Of a DNA stretch of 64,000 nt, positions 24,250-40,355 are shown piece by piece. The notes under the pieces are model-generated. The model ran no database searches and was not told the origin of the DNA. It was given only the letters and a program-made list of their open reading frames with translations. How positions within the stretch are numbered: position 1 is the stretch's first letter; each line of letters opens with the position of its first letter. The stretch comes from Squalus acanthias. Lineage: Eukaryota. The position numbers and the translations under genes were made by a program. The stretch is from contig CM059425.1 of NCBI GenBank assembly GCA_030390025.1, forward strand, positions 170,936,001-171,000,000, given 5' to 3'.

Positions 24250-24440
24250 ACAACCAGAAGATGTTGGAAATACAGGAGGTCAGTCAACATTTCTGGAGAC
24301 AGCAGATAAGTAAAGATTTCAGGTGTGAACCCTTGGTCAGATTGTTCTGATGAAGGGTCCACAGCTGGAATGTTAACTCCTCTGTTCTCTCCACAGATGC
24401 TGACTGACCTGTTGAGTGTTTCCAGCATTTTCTGTTTTTG
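24250..24440. mobile_element. Palindromic Penelope-like terminal-repeat relic with degenerate hammerhead cores
   Basis: ~90-bp imperfect inverted arms centred at 24343; CTGATGA at 24347-24353. Confidence 0.7.
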
Positions 24441-24473
24441 ATGCAGATTTACAGAATCTGCAAAAAAAACATT

Positions 24474-24706
24474 GGGCCGGATTTTCCGACCCCACTGGTG
24501 CGTACGAGGTGTGTACGCACCTGTAGGGGCCTCGCAAGTGCCGGGCTTAGGCATGCACAGCGCATGCGCTGAAAACTGGCACTTCCGATCTGTCAAGAAT
24601 CCTCTAGACAGATCGCACGCTTGCCCTGGAGAAGGGCCTCTGCGGGCAGGGAGTTGCACTTTTTGCACAACTTCCGCCCGCTGGAAACCTTTAAAAATCT
24701 TACGTC
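24474..24706. mobile_element. Left part of a Harbinger-like MITE, truncated at a CR1 fragment
   Basis: Begins gggccggattttc; hairpin ggtgcgtac/gtacgcacc at 24497-24521; no right TIR found. Confidence 0.5.
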
Positions 24707-25425
24707 TTGACACTAAATTCGGTGGCACAGTAAATAGTGTCGATAGGAGCAAAAAGTTGCAAAGGTACATCGATAGATTAAGTGAGTGGGCAAAACTGTG
24801 GCAGATGGAGTTCAATATGGGGAAGTGTGAGATCATCCACTTTGGACCTAAGAAAGACAAATCAGAGTATTTTCTAAATGGTGAAAAGTTATGAACTGTG
24901 GAGGATTTAGGGGTCTAAATACAGAAATCACTAAACGCTAGTGGACCGGTACAAAAAATAATTTAAAAGGCTACTGGAATGTTGGCCTTTATCTCAAGGG
25001 GTTGGAATACAAACGGGTGGAAGTTATGTTACAGTTACATAAAACTGGTTCAACCCCATCTGGAGTATTGTCTTCTGTTCTGGGCACCACACATCAGGAA
25101 GGATATATTGGCCTTGGAGGGGGTGCAGCGCAGATTCACTGGAATGATACCTGGGCTAAAAGGGTTAAATTATGAGGACAGGTTGCACAGACTAGGCTCT
25201 TAACACAAAGAGGTAGCGGTAATCTCGAATTCTCTCCTCCAAGAAGCTGTTGAAGCTAGGTCAATTGAAAATTTCAAAACTGAGATTGATAGATTTTGTT
25301 AGGCAAGGGTATTAAGAGTTATGGTGGATAAATGCAGTTAAGATACAGATCAGCCATGAGCAAATTGAATGGCGGAACAGGCTCATGGGGTTGGATGGCG
25401 TAGTCCCATTCCTAAATTCCGATAA
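24707..25425 (+). mobile_element. Old 5'-truncated CR1 fragment with an internal deletion near 25200
   Basis: DTKFGG, WQMEFN, PHLEYC, VQRRFT motifs and a decayed 3' UTR (gatcagccatga...gaatggcggaacaggctc). Confidence 0.85.
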
Positions 25426-25560
25426 ACCCCACTATCATAAAACCCACTCCTGTCAACCCCACTCCTGCCAACCCCACTGCTGTAAATCCCATCTCTATAA
25501 ACCCCTGCTGCAAAGCTCGCTGCTATAAAAACCCACTGATATAAACCCACTGATAAAAAA
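25425..25560 (+). repeat. Degenerate ~14-15 bp tandem repeat (aaacccactgctat-like)
   Basis: About nine imperfect units. Confidence 0.7.
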
Positions 25561-25603
25561 AGCCAAAAATCCCATCTGCAAGTTCAACACTGTGTTAAGG
25601 ATT

Positions 25604-26446
25604 GGGGGAGAAATTCAGTATCGCCCCGTTTGGGGCGCAATTATCGGCCGGGCGCAAAGTTTAGCGCCTGGCGCTAATTATCGCCTCTGACTGCAAACTT
25701 GGCTTCTATCGCCCCTGGAGGTGATTGGAGCGCTAAATCAGGCGCTACACACCTCTCTTAAGGCGCTAACACCGAGGAGTGAGGCACTACCTCAGAGCGC
25801 TGGCAAAGCTCATGTGATGTCCGTCAGCAATGGAACACAGACACACTGGCGCCGGCCAGTTCTTAAAGGGGAGGGTCGATCTTGCTCTCCATCCACACCC
25901 TACTCATTGCAGCCTTGAATCTTGGCCTGGAGAGACCTGTACATCAAGTCTGCTGGAAAGAACAATGGAGAGACCCAGGGAAAGAGCTCAGAGTGCAGCC
26001 CCCATTGTCTCTTCTAAATCGATGCAAGGAAGGTCAAATCAAAATGAACCTGCAAAGTGCTGCTCAGTACCCAAAACTCCTTCACACAGCGTTGAATATC
26101 TCCAGAAGTCTCTCTCTCTCTCTCAGAATGCTTGGTGCAAAAATGTCGCCGACAAAAAAAGGCAGGAAGCGGTCGCCTTTAAATAGCGCTCCCCCAGTCC
26201 CTTCCTGACTTAAAAACGCTCCCCTCAACCTGTCGTTGCTAGCGGCAGGCGGTAAGGCAGGGGGCGCCACTCAATATCCGCTCCGGGGCGCTACCGGGGC
26301 GTTGCACGCTCAACTGACGTCATGATCTGCGGGCGTAGGAGATTGTGGCGGTAATGTTTAGCGCCGCCGCAAAATGTCTGGTCAATGCTTTGTGCCCCAT
26401 TATTTAGGGCGCTAACGGGAGGCGCAAAGCAACCGAATTTTTCCCC
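25604..26446. mobile_element. Harbinger-type MITE, family Y copy 2
   Basis: TIR gggggagaaattc / gaatttttcccc; body homologous to 15146-16034; deletion in right arm. Confidence 0.9.
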
Positions 26447-26771
26447 AAAGAATCAAAAAATGAACATCTCTCCATCCAAAACACAGGTTAGAATTTCTGG
26501 ATACTTCATTATTATCCCTGGCATACAGGGCAGTGCCTGAGCACATGTGCAAATTAAGAAGATTAAATACATTTGCATAATAAATACCATGAACTGGTGG
26601 AATGTATGAAACGATTCACTGAGTGATATCAGGCTACATGATTCACAGCCCATAATAGATGTGTTAGGTTGTATGGTGTCCTGATTAGGCTATTGTGCAC
26701 GCCCCACATGCTGAATCATTTGTATTTATATTACTCAGGCAAATGCAGAAAGTGAAAATGAGAAACTCTTA

Positions 26772-27663
26772 GGGGGAAAAATTCAGTATCGCCCCGTTTG
26801 GGGCGCAATTATCAGCAGGGCGCAAAGATTAGCGCCTGGCGCTAATTATCGCCTCCGAATGCAAACTTGACTTTTATCGCCCCTGGAGGTGATTGCAGCG
26901 CTAAATCAGACGCTTCACACCTGTCTTAAGGCGCAAAGGCCGAGGAGCGAGGCGCTAACTCAGAGCGCTGGCGAAGCTCATGTGATGTCAGTCAGCAATG
27001 GAACACACACACAATGGCGCCGGCCAGTTCTTAAAGGGGAGGGTCGATCTTGCTCTCCATCCACATCCTGCTCATTGCAGCCTTGAATCTCGGCCTGGGG
27101 AGACCTGTATATCAAATCTGCTGGAAATAACAATGGAGAGGCCATGGGAAAGAGCTCAGAGTGCAGCCCCCACAGTCTCTTCTAAATCGATACAAGGAAG
27201 GGTAAATCAAAACGAACCTGCAAAGTGCTGCTCAGTACCCAAAACTCCTTCACACAGCGTTGAATCTCTCCAGAAGTCTCTCTCTCTCTCTCTCAGAATG
27301 CGTGGTTCAAAAATGTTGCCAACAAAAAAAGGCAGGAAGCGGTCGCCTTTAAATAGCGCTCCCCCAGTCCCTTCCTGACTGCAAAACGCTCCCCTCAACC
27401 TGTCGTTGCTAGCGGCAGGCGGTAAGACAGGGGGCGCCACTCAATATCCGCTCCGGGGCGCTACCGGGGCGTTGCACACTCGACTGACGTCACGATCTGC
27501 TGGCGCAGGAGATCGTGGCGGTACTGTTTAGCACCGCCGCAAAATGTCTAGTTAATTTCGCGAGCGGCGCAAACATCGCCGCGCCCGGGCGCTAGTTGCT
27601 TTGCGCCCCATTAGTGCCCTCTTAAGGCGCTAACGGGAGGCGCAAGCAACTGAATTTTCCCCC
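26772..27663. mobile_element. Harbinger-type MITE, family Y copy 3
   Basis: TIRs plus perfect TTA target-site duplication (26769-26771 and 27664-27666). Confidence 0.92.
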
Positions 27664-27721
27664 TTAGTGCTTTAAATGCATTTCTTAAAAATTGGACTTA
27701 TGTTCTTTTTTCACTCTATTG

Positions 27722-28042
27722 ACTTCTTTCCTGAAAGCACTAGCTAATGCTGCTTTAAAGGCACCAGCAGCACAAGTGGTGATTCTTCATGGGTGACTCT
27801 GGGCAGTGACTGTCAACAGAATATTGGGGAAAGACTAGCCTAGCCCAATTCCACATAACTTCCAACAACCATCAGCTGCAACTTTGGCTGAATTTTCCAT
27901 TCTCTAACTTAGGGTCATTGTACCCCAGTTGTGGTAGCCCCACCACTCCTAAGAATGGTCAACTCAACGCGGATCAGTGATCAAACCTAGTCCATATGAT
28001 TGTACCGTACAACTTCCTGTCATTACACACTGAGCCATTGGG
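27722..28042 (-). mobile_element. Degraded tRNA-derived SINE
   Basis: Minus strand begins tcccaatggctcagtgtg (A-box-like) with ggtttgatca (B-box-like) downstream. Confidence 0.55.
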
Positions 28043-28162
28043 AAGCTCAAGATAAAAAATAAAAGTTTCTTACTATTGTGATTCGTTTTAAGTTGCAAGA
28101 TGTTGTTTATTGTTATTTGCAAACAACTAATTGTAAATAGTTATTCTTTTCTATTTTGACAG

Positions 28163-28283
28163 GTTAATTACATCTTGTTTCCATTTTCTCAGACTGACAA
28201 GCCCCCCACTGTCAGCATCCACATAGCACAGCCTCCTCCCCCAGAATACAGAGATCCAACTGTAAAGTCAGAAGGAGATTGTG
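28163..28283 (+). CDS. Candidate internal coding exon of an unidentified host gene (VNYILFPFSQTDKPPTVSIHIAQPPPPEYRDPTVKSEGDC)
   Basis: Two in-frame acceptors (ttttgacag at 28162, ttttctcag at 28192), single open frame, donor G/gtaaag at 28284; non-repetitive. Confidence 0.45.
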
Positions 28284-29429
28284 GTAAAGCTTGCGTCAAA
28301 CAGCAAGCCGGGAAATTCCTCTGTGTGCTATTTTAACACAGGTGTTAGACCGTTATTTTCACTGAGTTAATGTCCTCATTATATTAGTGAACTGAGGGGT
28401 ATCATATGAACACGTTGAGCTATATATTACCAACTGTGATTTCTAGTCTTATGTCTGTTAGCCCTGAATAAAACTAAAATTTGCCAGTAACACGGAAATA
28501 AAGGAGGTTTTGTTAAAAAATGTACACATCACAAAAGCTAAGAAGGTGGTGAAGATATCTGATATGAAGGGGCACTGTCTGTATTAAAGGAACAACCCTT
28601 CCACTGTGTTCATCTTCATCACAATGCTGTCACGTGGCAGTACGCGATAATGAATTTGAGAGAGTTTGTTCTGTATTTATAAACAAATGATTAGTTTTGC
28701 CAAACAATTATCCATTCCCACGATGCCACTTTAATGAGTGTGCAAAGCACACACACACACACACTCTCACACTCTCACACACACACACACACTCTCACAC
28801 TCTCACACACACACACACTCTCACACACACACTCTCACACTCTCTCACACACACACACTCTCACACTCTCACACACACACACACACTCTCACACTCTCAC
28901 ACACACACACACTCTCACACACACACTCTCACACTCTCACACACACACACACTCTCACACACACACTCTCACACTCTCACACACACACACACACTCTCAC
29001 ACACACACACTCTCACACACACTCTCACACTCTCACACACACACACACACTCTCACACACACACACTCTCACACACACTCTCACACTCTCACACACACAC
29101 ACACACTCTTACACTCTCACACACACACTCTCACACACACACACACACTCTCACACTCACACACACACTCTCACACACACACTCTCACACTCTCACACAC
29201 ACACTCTCACACTCTCACACACACACACACTCTCACACACAAACACTCACACTCACACACACACACTCTCACACACACACACACTCTCACACACACACAC
29301 ACTCACACACACTCTCACACACACACTCACACACACACACTCACTCTCACACTCTCACACACACACTCTCTCACACACAAACTCTCACACTCACACACAC
29401 ACACTCTCACACACACACACACACACACA

Positions 29430-29461
<32 letters not shown>

Positions 29462-32400
29462 CTCACACACACACACACACACTCTCTCACACACTGACAC
29501 ACACACACTCTCACACACACACACACACACTCTCACATACACACACTCTCTCTCACACACACACTCTCTCACACACTGACACACACACACACTCTCACAC
29601 ACACACACACACTCTCACACTGACACACACACACTCTCACACACATACACACTCTCTCACACACACACTCTCACACACTGACACACACACACACACACTC
29701 TCACACACACCCTCTCACACACTGACACACACACACACACACACACTCACACCCTCTCACACACTGACACACACACACACACTCACACACACACACACTG
29801 ACACACACACACTCTCACACACTGACACACACACACTCTCACACACACACACACTCACACACACACACACTGACACAGACACACACTCTCACACACACCC
29901 TCTCACACACTGACACACACACACACTGACACACACACACTCTCACACACTCACACACACACACACTCACATACACTGACACACACACACCCTCTCACAC
30001 ACACACACATACTCTCACACACACCAACACACACACTCTCACACACTGACACACACACACACTCTCACACACTGACACACACACTCTCACACACACCAAC
30101 ACACACACCAACACACACACTCTCACACACACTCACACACACTGACACACACACAAACTCTCACACACACACACACACTCACACACACACACATACTCTC
30201 ACACACACCAACACACACACTCTCACATACTCTCACACACACACACTCACACACATTGACACACACACACACTCTCACACACAGACACACACACACACAC
30301 TTTCACACACACACACACTCTCTCTCTCATACACACACACACTCTCTCACACTGACACACACACACACACTCACACACATTGACACGCACACGCTCACAA
30401 ACACTGACACACACACACACTCTCTCACACACATTGACACACACACACTCTCACACTCTGACACACACACACACTCACACACACACACTGCCACACACAC
30501 AATCTCACACACACTAACACACACTCTCACACACACTGACACACTCTCACACACACACACTCAAACACACACACTCACACTCACACAGACACACACTCTC
30601 ACACACTCACACACACACACTGACACACACACAAACACTCTCACACATACTGACACACTCTTACACACTCTCACACACACACTCACACACTGGCACACAC
30701 ACACACTCACACACACACACACACACACACACACTCTCACACATACCTACACACACTCTCACACAAACCGACAAACACTCTCACACATACTGACACACTC
30801 TCACACACTCTCACACACTCTCACGCACACACTGGCACACACACACACACACACTCTCACACATACCTACACACACTCTCACACAAACCGACACACACTC
30901 TCACACATACCTACACACATTCTCACACACACTGACACACACACTCTCACACACACACTGACACACACACACACTCACATACACACACTCTCACACACAC
31001 TGACACATACACACTCACACACACACTCACACACACTGACACACACACTCTCATACACACACTCTCACACACACACTGACACACCCTGACACAGACACTC
31101 TCATACCCACACTCTCACAGACACTCACACACACACAAACTCATACACACTGACACACACACTCACACACACTGACACACACACTCTCTCACACACACAC
31201 ACACACACTGACACCCACACACTCTCACACACACTGACACACACACTCTCACACACACACTGACACACACACACACTCACATACACACACACACTCTCAC
31301 ACATACCTACACACACTCTCACACAAACCGACACACACTCTCACACATACCTACACACATTCTCACACACACTGACACACACACTCTCACACACACACTG
31401 ACACACACACACACTCACATACACACACTCTCACACACACTGACACATACACACTCACACACACACTCACACACACTCACACACACACTCTCATACACAC
31501 ACTCTCACACACACACTGACACACCCTGACACAGACACTCTCATACCCACACTCTCACAGACACTCACACACACACAAACTCATACACACTGACACACAC
31601 ACTCACACACACTGACACACACACTCTCTCACACACACACACACACACACACTGACACACACACACACTCTCACACATTGACACACACACACACACACTC
31701 TCACACAGACACACACTCTCACACACAGACACACACACACACTCTCTCTCACACACACACACTCACACACACTGACAAAAACACACTCTCACACACACTG
31801 ACACACACTGACACACACACTCTCACACACACACTCACCCACACTGACACACACACTCACACACACACACGCTCTCACACATTGACACTCACACACACAC
31901 TCTCACACACACACACACACACACTCTCACACACACACTCTCACACACTGACACACACACACACTCTCACACACACACTCTCACACACACACACACACTC
32001 TCACACACACACACACACACTCTCACACTCTGACACACACACACACACACTCTCTCACACACACACACACACACACACTCTCACACACACATTGACACAC
32101 ACACACTCTCACACACTGACACATACACTCACACACATTGACACGCACACTCTCACAAACACTGAAACACACACACACTCACACACACTGACACACACAC
32201 ACTCTCACACACACTGACACACACACCCTCTCACACACTCACACACACACAAACACACTCACACACACTGACACACACACCCTCTCACACACTGACACAC
32301 ACACACTCTCACACACACTGACACACACACACTCACACACACACTCACACACACTGGCACACACACTCACACACACACACACTCTCACACATTGACACAC

Positions 32401-35319
32401 ACACACACACTCTCACACACACTCTCTCACACACACACACACACACACACTCACACACACACTCTCACACACTGACACACACACACACTCTCACATACAC
32501 ACACTCTCATACACACACACACACACTCTCACACTCTGACACACACACACACACTCTCTCACACATACACACACACACTCTCACACACACTGACACATAC
32601 ACACACTCTCACACATTGACACACACACACACACACTCTCACACAGACACACACTCACACACACTGACACACACACACACTCACACACACACTCACACAC
32701 ACTGGCACACACACTCACACACACACACACTCTCACACATTGACACACACACACACACTCTCACACACACACTCTCTTCACAACATCTGACACCACACAC
32801 ACTCCTCACACTCTGACACACAACACACTCGACACACACACACTCCCACACACACACAATATCACACACACTAACCACACACTCTCACACACACTGACAC
32901 ACTCACACACACACACACACACACACACACTCTCACATACACACACACACTCTCACACTCTGACACACACACACACTCTCTCACACACACACACACACAC
33001 ACTCTCACACACACATTGACACACACACACTCTCACACACTGACACACACACTCACACACATTGACACGCACACTCTCACAAACAGTGACACACACACAC
33101 ACTCACACACACTGACACACACACACACACTCTCACACACACTGACACACACACCCTCTCACACACTGACACACACACAAACACACTCACACACACTGAC
33201 ACACACACCCTCTCACACACTGACACACACACACTCTCACACACACTGACACACACACACACTCACACACACACTCACACACACTGGCACACACACTCAC
33301 ACACACAAACACTCACACACATTGACACACACACACTCTCACACACACACTCTCACACACACACACACACACACACTCTCACACACACACTCTCACACAC
33401 TGACACACACACACTCTCACACACACACTCTCACACACACACACACACTCTCACACACACACACACACTCTCACACTCTGACACACACACACACACTCTC
33501 TCACACATACACACACACACTCTCACACACACAGACACACACACACTCACACACACACACTCTCACACATTGACACACACACACACTCTCACACAGACAC
33601 ACACTCTCACACACAGACACACACACACACTCTCTCTCACACACACACACTCACACACACTGACACACACACTCTCACACACACTGACACACACACTCTC
33701 ACACACACACTCACACACACTCACACACACTCACACACACTCACACGCACACACACTCTCACACATTGACACACACACACACTCACACACACACTCTCAC
33801 ACACACTCACACACACACACACACTCTCACACACACACTCTCACACACTGACACACACACACACACTCTCACACACACACACACACACACACTCTCACAC
33901 ACACACACACACTCTCACACTCTGACACACACACACACACTCTCTCACACACACACACACACACTCTCACACACACATTGACACACACACACTCTCACAC
34001 ACTGACACACACACTCACACACATTGACACGCACACTCTCACAAACAGTGACACACACACACACTCACACACACTGACACACACACACACACTCTCACAC
34101 ACACTGACACACACACCCTCTCACACACTGACACACACACAAACACACTCACACACACTGACACACACACCCTCTCACACACTGACACACACACACTCTC
34201 ACACACTGACACACACACACACTCTCACACACACTGACACACATACACACTCTCACACACACTGACACACACACCCTCACACACACTGACACATACGCTC
34301 TCACACACACTGACACACACACACACTCTCACACACGGACACACGCACATACTCTCACACTCTGACAGACACACACACTGACACACACTGATACACACAC
34401 ATTCACACACTCACACACACACTCTCACACACACCGACACACACTGACATAGACACACACTCACTCACAGACACTGACTCGCACACACACTCTCACACAC
34501 ACACACACTGCCACACACACTGACACACACAGACTCTCACACACTGACACCCACACACTCTCACACACACTGACACAGACACACTGACACACACACTCTC
34601 TCACACACTGACACACACACACTCTCACACACACTGACACACACACCCTCTCACACACTGACACACACACACTCTCACACACACACACACTCACACACAC
34701 ACACACTGACACAGACACACACTCTCACACACACCCTCTCACACACTGACACACACACACACACACTGACACACACACACTCTCACACACACACACACAT
34801 ACTCTCACACACACCAACACACACACTCTCACACACTGACACACACACACACTCTCACACACTGACACACACACTCTCACACACACCAACACACACACTC
34901 TCACACACACTCACACACACTGACACACACACACACTCTCACACACACACACACACACACTCACACACACACACATACTCTCACACACACCAACACACAC
35001 ACTCTCACATACTCTCACACACACACACTCACACACATTGACACACACACACACTCTCACACACAGACACACACACACACACTCTCACACACACACACAC
35101 TCTCTCTCTCATACACACACACACTCTCTCACACTGACACACACACACACACTCACACACATTGACACGCTCACAAACACTGACACACACACACACTCTC
35201 TCACACACATTGACACACACACACTCTCACACTCTGACACACACACACACTCACACACACACACTGCCACACACACAATCTCACACACACTAACACACAC
35301 TCTCACACACACTGACACA

Positions 35320-35351
<32 letters not shown>

Positions 35352-37851
35352 CACATACACACACACACTCTCACACTCTGACACACACACACACTCTCTC
35401 ACACACACACACACACACACTCTCACACACTGACACACACACTCACACACATTGACACGCACACTCTCACAAACAGTGACACACACACACACTCACACAC
35501 ACTGACACACACACACACACTCTCACACACACTGACACACACACCCTCTCACACACTGACACACACACAAACACACTCACACACACTGACACACACACCC
35601 TCTCACACACTGACACACACACACTCTCACACACACTGACACACACACACACTCACACACACACTCACACACACTGGCACACACACTCACACACACACAC
35701 ACTCTCACACATTGACACACACACACACTCTCACACACACACTCTCACACACACACACACACACACTCTCACACACACTCTCACACACTGACACACACAC
35801 ACACACTCTCACACACACACTCTCACACACACACACACACTCTCACACACACACACACACACTCTCACACTCTGACACACACACACACACTCTCTCACAC
35901 ATACACACACACACTCTCACACACACAGACACACACACACTCACACACACACACTCTCACACATTGACACACACACACACACTCTCACACAGACACACAC
36001 TCTCACACACAGACACACACACACACTCTCTCTCACACACACACACTCACACACACTGACAAAAACACACTCTCACACACACTGACACACACACTCACAC
36101 ACACTCACACACACTCACACACACTCACACACACACACACTCACACACACACTCTCACACACACTCACACACACACACACACTCTCACACACACACTCAC
36201 ACACTGACACACACACACACACTCTCACACACACACACACACACACACTCTCACACACACACACACACTCTCACACTCTGACACACACACACACACTCTC
36301 TCACACACACACACACACACTCTCACACACACATTGACACACACACACTCTCACACACTGACACACACACTCACACACATTGACACGCACACTCTCACAA
36401 ACAGTGACACACACACACACTCACACACACTGACACACACACACACACTCTCACACACACTGACACACACACCCTCTCACACACTGACACACACACAAAC
36501 ACACTCACACACACTGACACACACACCCTCTCACACACTGACACACACACACTCTCACACACTGACACACACACACACTCTCACACACACTGACACACAT
36601 ACACACTCTCACACACACTGACACACACACCCTCACACACACTGACACATACGCTCTCACACACACTGACACACACACACACTCTCACACACGGACACAC
36701 GCACATACTCTCACACTCTGACAGACACACACACTGACACACACTGATACACACACATTCACACACTCACACACACACTCTCACACACACCGACACACAC
36801 TGACATAGACACACACTCACTCACAGACACTGACTCGCACACACACTCTCACACACACACACACTGCCACACACACACTGCCACACACACTGACACACAC
36901 AGACTCTCACACACTGACACCCACACACTCTCACACACACTGACACAGACACACTGACACACACACTCTCTCACACACTGACACACACACACTCTCACAC
37001 ACACTGACACACACACCCTCTCACACACTGACACACACACACTCTCACACACACACACACTCACACACACACACACTGACACAGACACACACTCTCACAC
37101 ACACCCTCTCACACACTGACACACACACACACACACTGACACACACACACTCTCACACACACACACACATACTCTCACACACACCAACACACACACTCTC
37201 ACACACTGACACACACACACACTCTCACACACTGACACACACACTCTCACACACACCAACACACACACTCTCACACACACTCACACACACTGACACACAC
37301 ACACACTCTCACACACACACACACACACTCACACACACACACATACTCTCACACACACCAACACACACACTCTCACATACTCTCACACACACACACTCAC
37401 ACACATTGACACACACACACACTCTCACACACAGACACACACACACACACTCTCACACACACACACACTCTCTCTCTCATACACACACACACTCTCTCAC
37501 ACTGACACACACACACACACTCACACACATTGACACGCTCACAAACACTGACACACACACACACTCTCTCACACACATTGACACACACACACTCTCACAC
37601 TCTGACACACACACACTCACACACACACACTGCCACACACACAATCTCACACACACTAACACACACTCTCACACACACTGACACACTCTCACACACACAC
37701 ACTCAAACACACACACTCACACTCACACACACTGACTCACTCTCACACACTCTCACACACACACACTGACACACACACAAACACTCTCACACATACTGAC
37801 ACACTCTTACACACTCTCACACACACACTCACACACTGGCACACACACACA

Positions 37852-37889
<38 letters not shown>

Positions 37890-40355
37890 CACACATACCT
37901 ACACACACTCTCACACAAGCCGACAAACACTCTCACACATACTGACACACTCTCACACACTCTCACACACTCTCACGCACACACTGGCACACACACACAC
38001 ACACTCTCACACATACCTACACACACTCTCACACAAACCGACACACACTCTCACACATACCTACACACATTCTCACACACACTGACACACACACTCTCAC
38101 ACACACACTGACACACACACACACTCACATACACACACTCTCACACACACTGACACATACACACTCACACACACACTCACACACACTGACACACACACTC
38201 TCATACACACACTCTCACACACACACTGACACACCCTGACACAGACACTCTCATACCCACACTCTCACAGACACTCACACACACACAAACTCATACACAC
38301 TGACACACACACTCACACACACTGACACACACACTCTCTCACACACACACACACACACACTGACACCCACACACTCTCACACACACTGACACACACACTC
38401 TCACACACACACTGACACACACACACACTCACATACACACACACACTCTCACACATACCTACACACACTCTCACACAAACCGACACACACTCTCACACAT
38501 ACCTACACACATTCTCACACACACTGACACACACACTCTCACACACACACTGACACACACACACACTCACATACACACACTCTCACACACACTGACACAT
38601 ACACACTCACACACACACTCACACACACTGACACACACACTCTCATACACACACTCTCACACACACACTGACACACCCTGACACAGACACTCTCATACCC
38701 ACACTCTCACAGACACTCACACACACACAAACTCATACACACTGACACACACACTCACACACACTGACACCCACACACTCTCACACACACTGACACACAC
38801 ACTCTCACACACACACTGACACACACACACACTCACATACACACACACACTCTCACACATACCTACACACACTCTCACACAAACCGACACACACTCTCAC
38901 ACACACAGACACACACACACTCACACACACACACTCTCACACATTGACACACACACACACACTCTCACACAGACACACACTCTCACACACAGACACACAC
39001 ACACTCTCTCTCACACACACACACTCACACACACTGACAAAAACACACTCTCACACACACTGACACACACACTCTCACACACACACTCACACACACTCAC
39101 ACACACTCACACACACTCTCACACAGACACACACTCTCACACACAGACACACACACACACTCTCTCTCACACACACACACTCACACACACTGACAAAAAC
39201 ACACTCTCACACACACTGACACACACACACTCTCACACACACTCACACACACACACACACTCTCACACACACACTCTCACACACTGACACACACACACAC
39301 ACTCTCACACACACACACACACACACACTCTCACACACACACACACACTCTCACACTCTGACACACACACACACTCTCTCACACACACACACACACACTC
39401 TCACACACACATTGACACACACACACTCTCACACACTGACACACACACTCACACACATTGACACGCACACTCTCACAAACAGTGACACACACACACACTC
39501 ACACACACTGACACACACACACACACTCTCACACACACTGACACACACACCCTCTCACACACTGACACACACACAAACACACTCACACACACTGACACAC
39601 ACACCCTCTCACACACTGACACACACACACTCTCACACACTGACACACACACACACTCTCACACACACTGACACACATACACACTCTCACACACACTGAC
39701 ACACACACCCTCACACACACTGACACATACGCTCTCACACACACTGACACACACACACACTCTCACACACGGACACACGCACATACTCTCACACTCTGAC
39801 AGACACACACACTGACACACACTGATACACACACATTCACACACTCACACACACACTCTCACACACACCGACACACACTGACATAGACACACACTCACTC
39901 ACAGACACTGACTCGCACACACACTCTCACACACACACACACTGCCACACACACACTGCCACACACACTGACACACACAGACTCTCACACACTGACACCC
40001 ACACACTCTCACACACACTGACACAGACAGACTGACACACACACTCTCTCACACACTGACACACACACACTCTCACACACACTGACACACACACACACTC
40101 TCACACACTGACAGACACACCCTCTAACACACTGTCACACACACACACACTCTCACACACACTGACACACACACCCTCTCACACACTGACACCCACACAC
40201 TCTCACACACACTGACACACACACTCTCACACACACACTGACACACACACACACTCACATACACACACTCTCACACATACTGACACATACACACTCACAC
40301 ACACACTCACACACACTGACACACACACTCTCACACACACTGACACAGACACACT

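Noticed and set aside
15372..27440. 60-126 aa ORFs recurring in family Y MITEs
   Set aside because: Recurrence reflects the repeat; lengths and frames differ among copies; no domain recognised
32770..32880. Indel-dense patch in the CA array
   Set aside because: Clustered single-base losses in an otherwise repeated block look like consensus error
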